From a virus (lineage: Duplodnaviria > Caudoviricetes): DNA of 64,000 bases. Shown one piece after another: positions 20,221 to 29,553 of the stretch. The DNA lies in IMG/VR virus record IMGVR_UViG_3300027333_000001; one strand, given 5' to 3'. Made by a program: the position numbers and the translations under genes. Numbering within the stretch: position 1 is the stretch's first letter; each line of letters begins with the position of its first letter. Under the pieces are notes generated by a model, which made no database searches, was not told the DNA's origin, and worked only from the letters and a program-made list of their open reading frames with translations.

Positions 20221-21222
20221 ATGGATTTGAATAGTAAAATACTTTCAAGTGTAATTCTTGAAAGTGAAGATGATATGAATGTTCTTTATTGGTCGCATTT
20301 AAAGGTAATGAGAGAATGTCCACAAAAATTTCTGTGGTCAAGAGGAAATCCTGAAATTGATTTAGGTGCAGGTTATGGCAAACCTAAACCTTTACCTGCT
20401 GAAGAAGAAAGAGCAAGTGAACATTATGCTTTAATGGGAAGTGTCTTATCAAGAGTAGTTGAACTTTTATATAATGATGAATTATGGAAAGAACCTACTT
20501 TATTAAGAGAAAGAGTAGAAGAAATTGCTCGTAAAGAATTTATCCTGCAGGAAGGTGGCAAATATCTTGATTGGCGAAATATGCCTAGAGAAGAGGCTAT
20601 TGCTACTTGTATAACAGGTGCAGTCAACTATCTTAAGATTATGAAACATAATAAGCTATTGGGTCCTTATGCTAGATCAGAAGTAAAAATGGAAACATGG
20701 CTAACACCAGCTATTAAAGATTTAAAGATTTGTGGTATTGCAGATTTAATCTTTAGAGATGGTAATGATAAAGTACATATTTTAGATGGTAAAAATGCAG
20801 GCACCCCGGGCAAGTATGAAGATGATGATCAGTTAAGATGGTATGCCTTATGTTATAGATTAGCTTATGGTGTAAATCCTGATCGTTTAGCTTTCTTTTA
20901 TTTCAGATTTCCACCAAATGAAAAACCTGATATTAAATTTGATGGTGATTGGAATGGCATGGTAGAAGTATCATTTACAGATGATGATATTAAAAGACTT
21001 GCCAAAGAAGCATTAGAAACACAAAAGGCAATTCAAAAGAAAAACTTTGAGCCAAATCCTGTACCAAAGCATTGTGTAAATTGTGCATATGAAAGTGTAT
21101 GTGAACCTAGACAAGCACAAAAGAAACATAACTCAGCTAAAAGAGGATTAGGCAAAACAAGTACAACAGATCCATTTGATAATAATAACAGTTTGCCTGT
21201 ATTAGATTTTGGTAAAAAGTAA
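20221..21222 (+). CDS. PD-(D/E)xK Cas4/AddB-like nuclease with probable Fe-S cluster
   Basis: ECPQKF, GIADL..ILDGK, QLRWY and CVNCAYESVC (1+3 Cys pattern). Confidence 0.8.
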   Translation: MDLNSKILSSVILESEDDMNVLYWSHLKVMRECPQKFLWSRGNPEIDLGAGYGKPKPLPAEEERASEHYALMGSVLSRVVELLYNDELWKEPTLLRERVEEIARKEFILQEGGKYLDWRNMPREEAIATCITGAVNYLKIMKHNKLLGPYARSEVKMETWLTPAIKDLKICGIADLIFRDGNDKVHILDGKNAGTPGKYEDDDQLRWYALCYRLAYGVNPDRLAFFYFRFPPNEKPDIKFDGDWNGMVEVSFTDDDIKRLAKEALETQKAIQKKNFEPNPVPKHCVNCAYESVCEPRQAQKKHNSAKRGLGKTSTTDPFDNNNSLPVLDFGKK

Positions 21223-21273
21223 ATTTAATAATATAAGTCATTTGTCATTTCTATTGTGTAAAGGATCTTGTAT

Positions 21274-21552
21274 ATGACAAATGAAGAAATTAAAGTTTTG
21301 ATTGATAAGAAAACAGAACTTGAAAGAAAAAAAGAAAGACTTTTAGGTAAAATGGAAAGTGCAAAAAATGCTTTATCTGAACTAGATGATCGTTTAATCG
21401 CAATGAACATTAAACCAAGTCAGTTAGAAGAAGAAATTCAAAAACTAACTGATCTAAAAGATGAAATGCTAACCACCTTAAATAAAGAAGTTCAAGATGC
21501 AGAACTTTCTCTCAACAGAATAGAACAACGAATCAAGGAGATTTCACAATGA
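21274..21552 (+). CDS. Small coiled-coil protein
   Basis: Heptad-rich, about 92 aa, coupled to the clamp gene by an ATGA overlap. Confidence 0.6.
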   Translation: MTNEEIKVLIDKKTELERKKERLLGKMESAKNALSELDDRLIAMNIKPSQLEEEIQKLTDLKDEMLTTLNKEVQDAELSLNRIEQRIKEISQ

Positions 21553-22736
21553 AAATTGTAGTATCAAAAAACGATTTAAAAGAAGCATTAAACCTTGCTC
21601 AAAATGTATTAGGATCAAGTGCAGATATTACATCTCACTTTGTATTTGAAATTGATGATAAAAAGAATGTTAGTATTCTTTCATGCGAACCACCTAGACT
21701 ATTCTCTAAAGTACCTTTAACAGGATCAACTGCTGAAGGTGAAGGTCAATTTACAGTAGACGGTAAAAGACTTTTACTTGCAGTAAGCAATATTGCAGAT
21801 ACAGAAACTTTAACCTTTACTGAAAATCAAGGTACTGTTAAGTTAGCTACTACTAAAGGTACTTTGACTTTTTCATCTCTTGATCCATCTTCTTTCCCAA
21901 GCTGGTTATCTCAATATGCAGAAGCAAAAGAAGTTAAAAAGATCGCAAGCGAATTATTGCATGAAGGTTTAAATGCAGTTAAGAATTTCATCTCTGTAGA
22001 TGAAACTAGAAGACCTGAATTATGCCAAGCATCCATTAAAGATGGTTTGCTTTATGCAACAGACAGCTTTTCTATGTGTCTTGTAAAAAATCCTGTGTTT
22101 TCAGATTTTGAATTGAAAGTACATTTCAAGGATTATCCTGCACTCTTAAAATTCTTAAAAACTCATCAAGGCTATGATGTTACTTTAAGCGAAACAGATA
22201 AAGCATATTTCTTTACTGCTGAAGGCTCTTTATTAGGTTTGATGAAAACACCATTTACACCTTTCAAGATTCCGGGCAATTATGCACAGTCATTTGATTG
22301 GACACCAAGACGAGTTTGGATTTTAAATAAACAAGATTTACTACAATCTATTAACTTTCTAGGTGCAGGTGCTGATAAGAATGATTTCATTATGGCATTT
22401 GAACATCCTGAAGGTTCAATGACAGAACCAACATTGTCTATGGATTCATCTAATAGCAATGATCCATTGGTAGTAAGTATTAAACAAGCTATTCCTGAAA
22501 CAGAAGCATTAGATTTCCCAATGAAGATGTATTTTGACAGTGTGAAAGCAGAAGATAAGAAAGAAGATGTTGCCAAATTCAAGTTCAATTTCTTATACCT
22601 AAAGAAAGCAATTGAGAATTTAGGAAATGAAGTAGTCTTAGGCAGTACAAAAGAAGGTACTTATGGATATATGCTTTTAAGAGATAAGACAGCTTTAGAT
22701 ACAGATATTGTATCTATTATTGCATGGGTGAGATAA
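21549..22736 (+). CDS. dnaN: DNA polymerase sliding clamp (beta/DnaN-like)
   Basis: MKIVVSKNDLKEAL start, DPSSFP, SVDETRRPEL, YATDSF, FNFLYLKKAI; clamp-like size. Confidence 0.75.
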   Translation: MKIVVSKNDLKEALNLAQNVLGSSADITSHFVFEIDDKKNVSILSCEPPRLFSKVPLTGSTAEGEGQFTVDGKRLLLAVSNIADTETLTFTENQGTVKLATTKGTLTFSSLDPSSFPSWLSQYAEAKEVKKIASELLHEGLNAVKNFISVDETRRPELCQASIKDGLLYATDSFSMCLVKNPVFSDFELKVHFKDYPALLKFLKTHQGYDVTLSETDKAYFFTAEGSLLGLMKTPFTPFKIPGNYAQSFDWTPRRVWILNKQDLLQSINFLGAGADKNDFIMAFEHPEGSMTEPTLSMDSSNSNDPLVVSIKQAIPETEALDFPMKMYFDSVKAEDKKEDVAKFKFNFLYLKKAIENLGNEVVLGSTKEGTYGYMLLRDKTALDTDIVSIIAWVR

Positions 22737-22742
22737 TTATCA

Positions 22743-22770
22743 TTGATCCTTTCTCTTAATTTATTATAAG
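22743..22770 (+). promoter_or_regulatory. Sigma70-like promoter of the Rad50 C-terminal half
   Basis: TTGATC-N16-TATAAG followed by AAAGGA SD. Confidence 0.55.
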
Positions 22771-22792
22771 TATAGAGAAAGGATTTTTAAAA

Positions 22793-23404
22793 ATGAATAT
22801 AAAGACAAGACTGCATACACTTAAAGCACTTAAAGACACAGTAGAAAATAAGATCAATAAGCTGGACAAAGAAATTAAAGACAGGGATATTCAAATTCTT
22901 AATATGCAATCTGCTAATCTTCTTTTAGAAAAGATTAGTGAAGAAGAAGTAGAGAAAGGCATCAATACATATATTGCTTTACTAGATGAAGGATTAAAAG
23001 CTATTTTTCCTGAACAAGAAGTTGGATTGAAAGCTGAAATAGATAAAGTTCGTGGCAAGGTTTCCGTGCGATTGAAAACAACCTTTAAAGGTGCAGATGG
23101 ATTAGAAATTGAATCTGAAAGTTTAGATGCTTTTGGTGGAGCAGTGGCAACCATTCAATCTTTATTATTAAGAGTAGCATTAATCTTAAAGAGAGGACTA
23201 AGACCTTTATTAGTTTTAGATGAAACCTTTGCACCTGTAGATGAAAATAGAATACCTTTGTTAGTAGATTTCTTAAAGGTATTATGTAATAAGCTAGATA
23301 TGGATATATTATGTGTTAGTCATAATAGTGTCTTAACAGATAATGCAGATATAGCATATAGGATTAAGCCTACTGCAAATGGTGCAGTCTTTGAAAAGAT
23401 TTAA
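22793..23404 (+). CDS. Rad50/SbcC-like SMC ATPase, C-terminal half
   Basis: Short coiled coil, signature-like AFGGA, Walker B LVLDE, D-loop APVD and H-loop VSH. Confidence 0.8.
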   Translation: MNIKTRLHTLKALKDTVENKINKLDKEIKDRDIQILNMQSANLLLEKISEEEVEKGINTYIALLDEGLKAIFPEQEVGLKAEIDKVRGKVSVRLKTTFKGADGLEIESESLDAFGGAVATIQSLLLRVALILKRGLRPLLVLDETFAPVDENRIPLLVDFLKVLCNKLDMDILCVSHNSVLTDNADIAYRIKPTANGAVFEKI

Positions 23405-24180
23405 AGACCATAGCTTGCTTTAGTAGCATTGTAATTATTAAGAATTATTGCATCGCTGATGGCATCATTCCATATATGGAAAGCACCTAATCTAAAAGTA
23501 CCGTCAGCTCCACTTAACATATTTGTACCTGACCTATAGCCTATATTGTAATAATATCCTACACCTGCGGGTCCATTATTATATGGTGTTTGTCTATTAT
23601 TTTTAGCAAAAGTTCCTGCAGGTTGACCATTTATATATCCCTTTAATGTTGAGCCATCATAAGTAAAACCTATATAATGCCAATTATTAACACTAATTGT
23701 TGCAGTAGAAAGTAATGTTGTTGAAGTCACAACTGAAGTATATTGCCAAACTCCAAATCTTACTTTATTTCCACTTACCATTTCTATTTGTGTATCATAC
23801 CATCCACCCGGTGCATCAGGTGTTGTAGAACCTTGTTCAGATAAAATAGTACCTATTATTGAGCCTATTGGATATATCCATATAAAAAGAGAAATTGTAA
23901 CACCTGTATTAGCTGGCGATAAATAAGGATTTAAACTTGTGCTTGTAGTAACATACTTACTACTACCATTATCAAAAAAGAAATAACTAGGTGTACCACT
24001 TGTATAAGGTACAGAGCCTACAACAGTACCATTAATAGTTCCATCCAAATCTGTAATTGTTGTACCTGATCCACTATATGATGATGAGTTTTGAAAATCC
24101 CAATATGTGATCATACTAGAACCTGTAATAAATACAGGTTCAGAAGATGGTTTTATTATTCCGTGTGTCGCTTTAAGCAT
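23401..24180 (-). CDS. LamG/concanavalin-like beta-sandwich protein (tail-associated, paralog of 59635-60897)
   Basis: MLKATHGI N-terminus; NNWHYIGFTYDGSTLKGYING LamG signature; end-to-end similarity to 59635-60897. Confidence 0.75.
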   Translation of the reverse strand: MLKATHGIIKPSSEPVFITGSSMITYWDFQNSSSYSGSGTTITDLDGTINGTVVGSVPYTSGTPSYFFFDNGSSKYVTTSTSLNPYLSPANTGVTISLFIWIYPIGSIIGTILSEQGSTTPDAPGGWYDTQIEMVSGNKVRFGVWQYTSVVTSTTLLSTATISVNNWHYIGFTYDGSTLKGYINGQPAGTFAKNNRQTPYNNGPAGVGYYYNIGYRSGTNMLSGADGTFRLGAFHIWNDAISDAIILNNYNATKASYGL

Positions 24181-24284
24181 ATACTTATATCCTTTCTCTT
24201 TTAGAAAAAAAATAAAACAGATATAAACCAACTGCTTTTATTGTATCATATAAAGCACCACTCATATCATAGGCATACGAATAT

Positions 24285-24665
24285 ATGAAAACTGAAGGTT
24301 CTGTTAAACATAAGCTAAAGCAAGTCAAATATAGAATAGTTCAAAAAGCTATTCGGACTTCTTTATCTAAAAAACCATGTAATTGTACACATTCAGGTTT
24401 GGTGAGAGGTGCAAGTGGTGATGATTTGTTTTATGTATGTTTATTAGATAGTGATAAACCTAAACTTTGGGAAGGCACTATTTGTGACCAATCTGTACCA
24501 CCTAACTGTCCTTTCTTTAAAGTAGAGAAAACAAAAGAAGAAGTAGAACAGGAAATAGAAGATTTACTGCAAAGTGGTGACATGGGAAAAATAGCAAGTA
24601 TATATCCTGATATCGCTGCCCTATTATGGGTTTTAGATGAAAGCAAAGAAGAAGATGAGCAATAA
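24285..24665 (+). CDS. Cys-rich hypothetical protein
   Basis: 126 aa with five spaced Cys. Confidence 0.55.
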   Translation: MKTEGSVKHKLKQVKYRIVQKAIRTSLSKKPCNCTHSGLVRGASGDDLFYVCLLDSDKPKLWEGTICDQSVPPNCPFFKVEKTKEEVEQEIEDLLQSGDMGKIASIYPDIAALLWVLDESKEEDEQ

Positions 24666-25104
24666 AATACCTTTTGAGATTGTGAAAATAGAAAACAAAA
24701 AAGCACCTTTGTTTTTAGAGTTGCCTGTTCCACCATATTGTTATCCTATCTTAGTAGGTGGCAGTAAAACTACTACTTTAAAATGGATGGAAAAAGCTAC
24801 TCAAAACAATACTGTTCTTTGCTGGTCAGTTAATAACTCTACTTTGGAATCTATATCAGATGAATGTATTAAAGCTATTAAAGAAAGAGCCAAAACAGAT
24901 AATTGGAACTCATTCGCAAGCACAGAGGAAGATGCAGTAAAGAAACTCAAATTAGAAGGTATTGAAAAGGTAAAAAGAATAGGCGATATGGTAGTGCCAC
25001 AAGAACATGATTTATTAGGTACGATCATTATCTTTGAAAACAAGTTTTATCCTGTGATACATAATGCTATCCGTGCAATATGCTTTATTGAAAATAAGGA
25101 GTGA
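24655..25104 (+). CDS. Hypothetical protein
   Basis: ORF coupled to the upstream gene; ATG 24655. Confidence 0.55.
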   Translation: MSNKIPFEIVKIENKKAPLFLELPVPPYCYPILVGGSKTTTLKWMEKATQNNTVLCWSVNNSTLESISDECIKAIKERAKTDNWNSFASTEEDAVKKLKLEGIEKVKRIGDMVVPQEHDLLGTIIIFENKFYPVIHNAIRAICFIENKE

Positions 25105-25105
25105 T

Positions 25106-25459
25106 ATGCCTATACCTACAGATGAAGTGAAATATGAGAGAGATTTAAAAGAACTTAAATTTTATTGGGAAATTTTAAATCAAGTGTATTACTCAACCAT
25201 ATCAAGACTGCATTTATTAAGACATGAAAATCCATATTTCATGTCACAGATGATGTATGGTATCAATATGGCAACAGATAGTATTTTGACTGCATATAAT
25301 AAAGACAGTCAAGTCTTAATCTGTAAACACTGCAAGCAATTATATATTAAAGACTTCCCTTGTCTTAATAATAATAAAATGCCTTGTGATCCAATAGAGT
25401 ATCATAAAGACATGACATTTGAAGATATGTATGACTACACATCCAAGAAAAGAGGATAA
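25106..25459 (+). CDS. Hypothetical protein with CxxC
   Basis: ATG 25106 after AAGGAG; CKHC motif. Confidence 0.55.
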   Translation: MPIPTDEVKYERDLKELKFYWEILNQVYYSTISRLHLLRHENPYFMSQMMYGINMATDSILTAYNKDSQVLICKHCKQLYIKDFPCLNNNKMPCDPIEYHKDMTFEDMYDYTSKKRG

Positions 25460-25464
25460 GAAAA

Positions 25465-25770
25465 ATGAGTGAACTTAAAGGCAAGTTATTAGAGCAACAA
25501 AAAAAGTTCTTAACGATTGCGACAGATTTAGGCAATTTACTTGAAGAGAAAAATCAAGCCTATGGAAATGCTTTTGTAAAGATCACAGAAGTCTTAAAGA
25601 TTTTATATCCTGAAGGCATTAAACCTGAACAGTATCAAGACTTAGGATTAATCATTCGTATATTAGATAAGCTATCAAGAATAGCTAAAGATAATGATCC
25701 ATTTGGTGAAGATCCATTTAAAGATATAGCTGGATATGCAATTTTAGCACAGGCAATTAGAAAGAAATAA
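25465..25770 (+). CDS. Nucleotide-modification-associated domain 1 (DUF1599-like) protein
   Basis: EEKNQAYGNAF...RILDKLSRI...DIAGYAIL pattern recalled for this family. Confidence 0.65.
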   Translation: MSELKGKLLEQQKKFLTIATDLGNLLEEKNQAYGNAFVKITEVLKILYPEGIKPEQYQDLGLIIRILDKLSRIAKDNDPFGEDPFKDIAGYAILAQAIRKK

Positions 25771-25812
25771 TTCAGCATTGATATAATATAAGTATCTCTG
25801 AAAGGATACTTT

Positions 25813-26181
25813 ATGAAAAATCAAAATCTTTATACACACCTATTCAATTTAAGACAGATGCTACATTCTATTATGCAATATGATAATTGTAGATCTTTAC
25901 AATATGCAGTAAAGCTAAATATGATTACTCATCTCAATGCTTTCATGGATCAATTGCATACTCAAGAACATCTAAATCCTATTACTCTTATCTTTGAAGA
26001 TGAAACAGTAAGCAAAACACCTTCTATTAAAGAAGTATTAGATGTGCAAAATCAGATTTTTTCATTTGCACAATTAGTAAAAGATTTGGCAACACTAGAT
26101 ACTAACTTTAATGTGGTTGCTCTTGTCTTTGATGAAATGAAAACTCATTTGTCTAGTTCTTCATATATGCCAAGCGAATGA
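25813..26181 (+). CDS. Hypothetical protein
   Basis: 122 aa with AAAGGA SD. Confidence 0.55.
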   Translation: MKNQNLYTHLFNLRQMLHSIMQYDNCRSLQYAVKLNMITHLNAFMDQLHTQEHLNPITLIFEDETVSKTPSIKEVLDVQNQIFSFAQLVKDLATLDTNFNVVALVFDEMKTHLSSSSYMPSE

Positions 26182-26609
26182 CAAATATGATTGATTTGTT
26201 TTGCCATTAAAAAAACTTTTTCTGTGGATTTGATTACAGACACTTCTTTAAGAGCAAAAGACCAATCATCAATCACAGCACCACTAATTTCAATATACCT
26301 GTGTAAATAGGATAACATTTGTTTTGAATGTACTTTTACATTTTTCTCTACATATTCTGTTATGTATGTTTCAAAAGCCACATTATTTAAATACCAAGTC
26401 CAAGTATCTTCATCTTCCCATATAATATGAAAGATAAAAGTTAATTGTCTTATGTCATTTCTGTTCTTTGGTCTTTTAATTTTTAAATCTAATTGATACA
26501 AGACATTTTTGTGATCTTCAAAATCTAAGTCTTGTGATCTATAGATATAGTTATAATTGCCTATAAGAGAATAGTGTATTGCTTGTTCAAAAAAGAAATT
26601 TAGTTTCAT
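26145..26609 (-). CDS. Hypothetical protein
   Basis: 154-aa ORF. Confidence 0.5.
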   Translation of the reverse strand: MKLNFFFEQAIHYSLIGNYNYIYRSQDLDFEDHKNVLYQLDLKIKRPKNRNDIRQLTFIFHIIWEDEDTWTWYLNNVAFETYITEYVEKNVKVHSKQMLSYLHRYIEISGAVIDDWSFALKEVSVIKSTEKVFLMAKQINHICHSLGIYEELDK

Positions 26610-26646
26610 ATCTTTGTACTCCGTGTATTATAAACAAAAAGATAAA

Positions 26647-26675
26647 TTGAAAATTGCATCTTTTAATAATATAAG
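26647..26675 (+). promoter_or_regulatory. Sigma70-like promoter
   Basis: TTGAAA-N17-TATAAG. Confidence 0.55.
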
Positions 26676-26710
26676 TGAAACTGAAACCACATTCAAAGGA
26701 TTAAAAAATC

Positions 26711-27217
26711 ATGAATAAATGGAAAGCTGAAAAAATCGATCAAGATGTGATCGAATATGTTGTAGGAAATTGCCATCCTAAATTGGTAGATATTCTACAT
26801 GAAATCCAAATCGTCTTTAAAGACAAAGCAGGCAAGACAGGTGGCAAATATAATTTAGGTAAAATCCTAAAAGCCCCGGGTATCCTTACTGTACTTGGTG
26901 ATAAAGAATATCAATTTATTCTCGAAATCGGATATGATCTATGGTCTAGCTTAGACAACAGCCACCAAATTGCTCTTGTTGATCATTTACTTTGCCATAT
27001 CGTTGCTGAAGAAAATGAACAAAATGGTGAAATGACTTATACCATGCGAACACCTGATGTGTCTTATTTCTCTGAAGAAATTGATCGCAATGGTAATTGG
27101 AAATCCGAAGTCTATGCTTTATTTGAAGAAGATCAAAAGAAGAAAGATGAAGATGAAAAAGCTAAGAAAGCTAAAAAAGGCAAGCAAACATCTTTAATTG
27201 AAGATACTGATGATTAA
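26711..27217 (+). CDS. Phage metallopeptidase-like protein with variant zinc motif (HLLCH)
   Basis: LVDHLLCHI where HELxH is typical, followed by PDV..F.EEI.RNG; charged tail. Confidence 0.6.
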   Translation: MNKWKAEKIDQDVIEYVVGNCHPKLVDILHEIQIVFKDKAGKTGGKYNLGKILKAPGILTVLGDKEYQFILEIGYDLWSSLDNSHQIALVDHLLCHIVAEENEQNGEMTYTMRTPDVSYFSEEIDRNGNWKSEVYALFEEDQKKKDEDEKAKKAKKGKQTSLIEDTDD

Positions 27218-27231
27218 ATAAATTTAAGCAA

Positions 27232-27263
27232 ACTTGCAATAATTCTTATTCTCATGTGTTTAT
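27232..27263 (+). promoter_or_regulatory. Bipartite motif copy ACTTGCAAT-N14-TGTGTTTAT
   Basis: One mismatch to consensus; precedes the SD and ORF 27299. Confidence 0.6.
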
Positions 27264-27298
27264 GTAGTATCTAAACAAACTCAACAAAGGAAATTCAA

Positions 27299-27550
27299 AT
27301 GATGAATGAACTTGTAACTCTCTGTAATACTAATGAACACCTTGCACAAAGATACCATTGGTCTTTAAACAATGATGTTATGCACTTGATTGGTGATGGC
27401 ATCACAGGCACTTTCACTACCAATGAAAGAACTAGCAATATCGTTGAATATGAACTTGTGATTGATGGCAATCTTATTGTTAAAGATCATATTGTAGACA
27501 GTGATGATGTTGCATACGATTTAATGAAGGCAATCAGAAAAGAAATCTAA
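27299..27550 (+). CDS. Small hypothetical protein
   Basis: 83 aa with AAAGGAAA SD. Confidence 0.6.
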   Translation: MMNELVTLCNTNEHLAQRYHWSLNNDVMHLIGDGITGTFTTNERTSNIVEYELVIDGNLIVKDHIVDSDDVAYDLMKAIRKEI

Positions 27551-28074
27551 TATCCAAGTTCGATCAATCGATCATACCATTTTAAAAGTGTTTTAAATTC
27601 TTCTACTATTAACAAAAAATCCATATATAAAGTATGTAAGACTTTCTCATATTTCACATACTTGGTATTTGTAGTGTACTTTGGCACTGATGCAAAAATC
27701 AAGACAAGTTCTTTATTCTTAGCTATGATCTTTTCCAATACTGCTTTATCTCTTATTAATGTACCTACACTTGCTCTCTTAAAATAATTCACACCTAAAG
27801 TAGATCTCAATGCTTTCATCATTGACTCTTCATCTACAGGTGCAAACTGCCATCTGTATGTATCACCTTCTATTGAATCAATCTGCTTTCTTAAATTCTT
27901 CTGAAAAGTCTTTAAAAACTCACTCACATTATTTAATTTTTCAATCACTATGCCTGTCTTATCCATTGTGATCTGTGGATTATTTGATGCCATGTTCTTT
28001 TTAAGATTTCCTACCATTATGTCAAATAATGGCATTGAGATTTCTATGTTCTTTAATTCATCTTCTAGTTTCAT
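27547..28074 (-). CDS. Hypothetical protein, WYxRLIxLGY paralog family
   Basis: Ends KTLLKWYDRLIELGY; ATG 28074 after AAGGA. Confidence 0.6.
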   Translation of the reverse strand: MKLEDELKNIEISMPLFDIMVGNLKKNMASNNPQITMDKTGIVIEKLNNVSEFLKTFQKNLRKQIDSIEGDTYRWQFAPVDEESMMKALRSTLGVNYFKRASVGTLIRDKAVLEKIIAKNKELVLIFASVPKYTTNTKYVKYEKVLHTLYMDFLLIVEEFKTLLKWYDRLIELGY

Positions 28075-28146
28075 TCTAGTCTTCCTTCTTAATAACAAAT
28101 TTATACTTAGCATCTTTATAAATCTATTATTAAAGGACATACCTAA

Positions 28147-28713
28147 ATGAAACCTGATCTTACTAATATTGATCCTTATGGATATAGTGCAGTTCCTAGT
28201 CATATCTCATATCTTGTGTATACTGCAGGAAAAAACATTTCAGTTTTACAGCTCTTATTGGCTAAAATGTCTGATACTGCTAAAATTTTCTCTTATCCAC
28301 AAATCCCTGAAGATAAAAGACAAATCATGACAGATAAATTATCTGCATTTTTAGACAAAAACAAACAATTTAAAACTCAAATGGAAAGTTTTCAGTCACT
28401 TCTTAAATGGAAGAACATTCATGGTGTTGTAGATCATAATGATCCAAATCGTTTTCTTAAAAAATCCTACTTTCGTAGGATTGCTGATCATGGTGGTCTT
28501 GATGCAGATGTAGAAAAGATTAAAAAGCAAATAGTAGAGATGGACACCTGTTATCCTAAATTTGAAAAAATCCAACAAACATTATTCGTTGAGCCAGCTT
28601 TTAGAAAGTATTATGCACCATTAGGATATAAGTATAATCAGTTTGTTGAAATTCATAAAGAAATGAAAGAACTTCTTAAATGGTATGAACGACTAATCCA
28701 ACTAGGTTATTAA
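28147..28713 (+). CDS. Hypothetical protein, WYxRLIxLGY paralog family
   Basis: MKPDLTNIDP...KELLKWYERLIQLGY; close paralog of 48343-48918. Confidence 0.65.
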   Translation: MKPDLTNIDPYGYSAVPSHISYLVYTAGKNISVLQLLLAKMSDTAKIFSYPQIPEDKRQIMTDKLSAFLDKNKQFKTQMESFQSLLKWKNIHGVVDHNDPNRFLKKSYFRRIADHGGLDADVEKIKKQIVEMDTCYPKFEKIQQTLFVEPAFRKYYAPLGYKYNQFVEIHKEMKELLKWYERLIQLGY

Positions 28714-28869
28714 AATTGCCTTTATGTCTGTTTCAATGCCTTTGTATTATATAAAGCAAAGAAGAAGTGTGTCAGCTTTACATAATGGTGTTGTAATTCC
28801 TATGACCTGTTTAATTTTCACACTTTCTTAAACAGACAGGAAACGAACAGATATAAAGGTTTTACTCTT

Positions 28870-29202
28870 ATGAATAATGATGATAAATTAGAAGATGATG
28901 ATCTATTTGATGATGATGATGAAATCGATTACGATGAACATCTTGAAACTGCTATTGGACATATGGACTTCTACCAAGATGTTATTATGATCATTAAGAA
29001 AAATGGTAACACTATTGTTATCCCTTCTTTTGATGATAAACTTTCTAAAGACCAACACGACTATATGGAAAAAATCTTTGTTATCAATGATCCTTCTTTT
29101 ATCCTTAGATTTTTTATGTGGATTGAACTACTACTCAAATACCTTTTCCTTTACCTTAAAGAACAATTTGAAAAACTTAATATTGACGATAATAATACCT
29201 AG
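28870..29202 (+). CDS. Acidic hypothetical protein with hydrophobic C-terminal segment
   Basis: 110 aa; Asp-rich N-terminus; FILRFFMWIELLLKYLFLYL. Confidence 0.5.
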   Translation: MNNDDKLEDDDLFDDDDEIDYDEHLETAIGHMDFYQDVIMIIKKNGNTIVIPSFDDKLSKDQHDYMEKIFVINDPSFILRFFMWIELLLKYLFLYLKEQFEKLNIDDNNT

Positions 29203-29491
29203 ACCAATCATATACTTCTGTTGTGCTTTCACATCTTAATCCATCTACTTTACAACTATCTTCTTTATTCACCACAGGCAATCCACATTTTACACATGGC
29301 TTATACTTACGATAAATATATTGATCCAGCCTTTCACTCATTTCTCTTAATGTAGATAACACTTCTTTATCCGTGCTTTCTCTTAATAACTTTTGTACTT
29401 TCCCATTCATCTCTGCATATAAAGAAATTGCATCTTTCATTTGTTCATTCCAATCTTTCAAATTTGAAAATCGTGTTATCTTATTTTTCAA
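29177..29491 (-). CDS. Hypothetical protein with C-terminal Cys cluster
   Basis: CVKC...C...C; start uncertain. Confidence 0.5.
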   Translation of the reverse strand: MKNKITRFSNLKDWNEQMKDAISLYAEMNGKVQKLLRESTDKEVLSTLREMSERLDQYIYRKYKPCVKCGLPVVNKEDSCKVDGLRCESTTEVYDWSRYYYRQY

Positions 29492-29553
29492 TATTTTGTT
29501 TATTGAAAAAATATTAATAGAATATTCTTAAATTTTCCTTGAAAGGACATAAA

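Noticed and set aside
20221-21222. Cas4-like gene as part of a CRISPR-Cas locus
   Set aside because: No repeat-spacer array or other cas genes; it sits in a recombination operon, as solo Cas4/AddB-like nucleases often do.
28762-28835. Alternative nested helices suggesting a riboswitch or attenuator
   Set aside because: The helices are short (4-9 bp) and AT-rich, so easily arise by chance; no recognisable aptamer.
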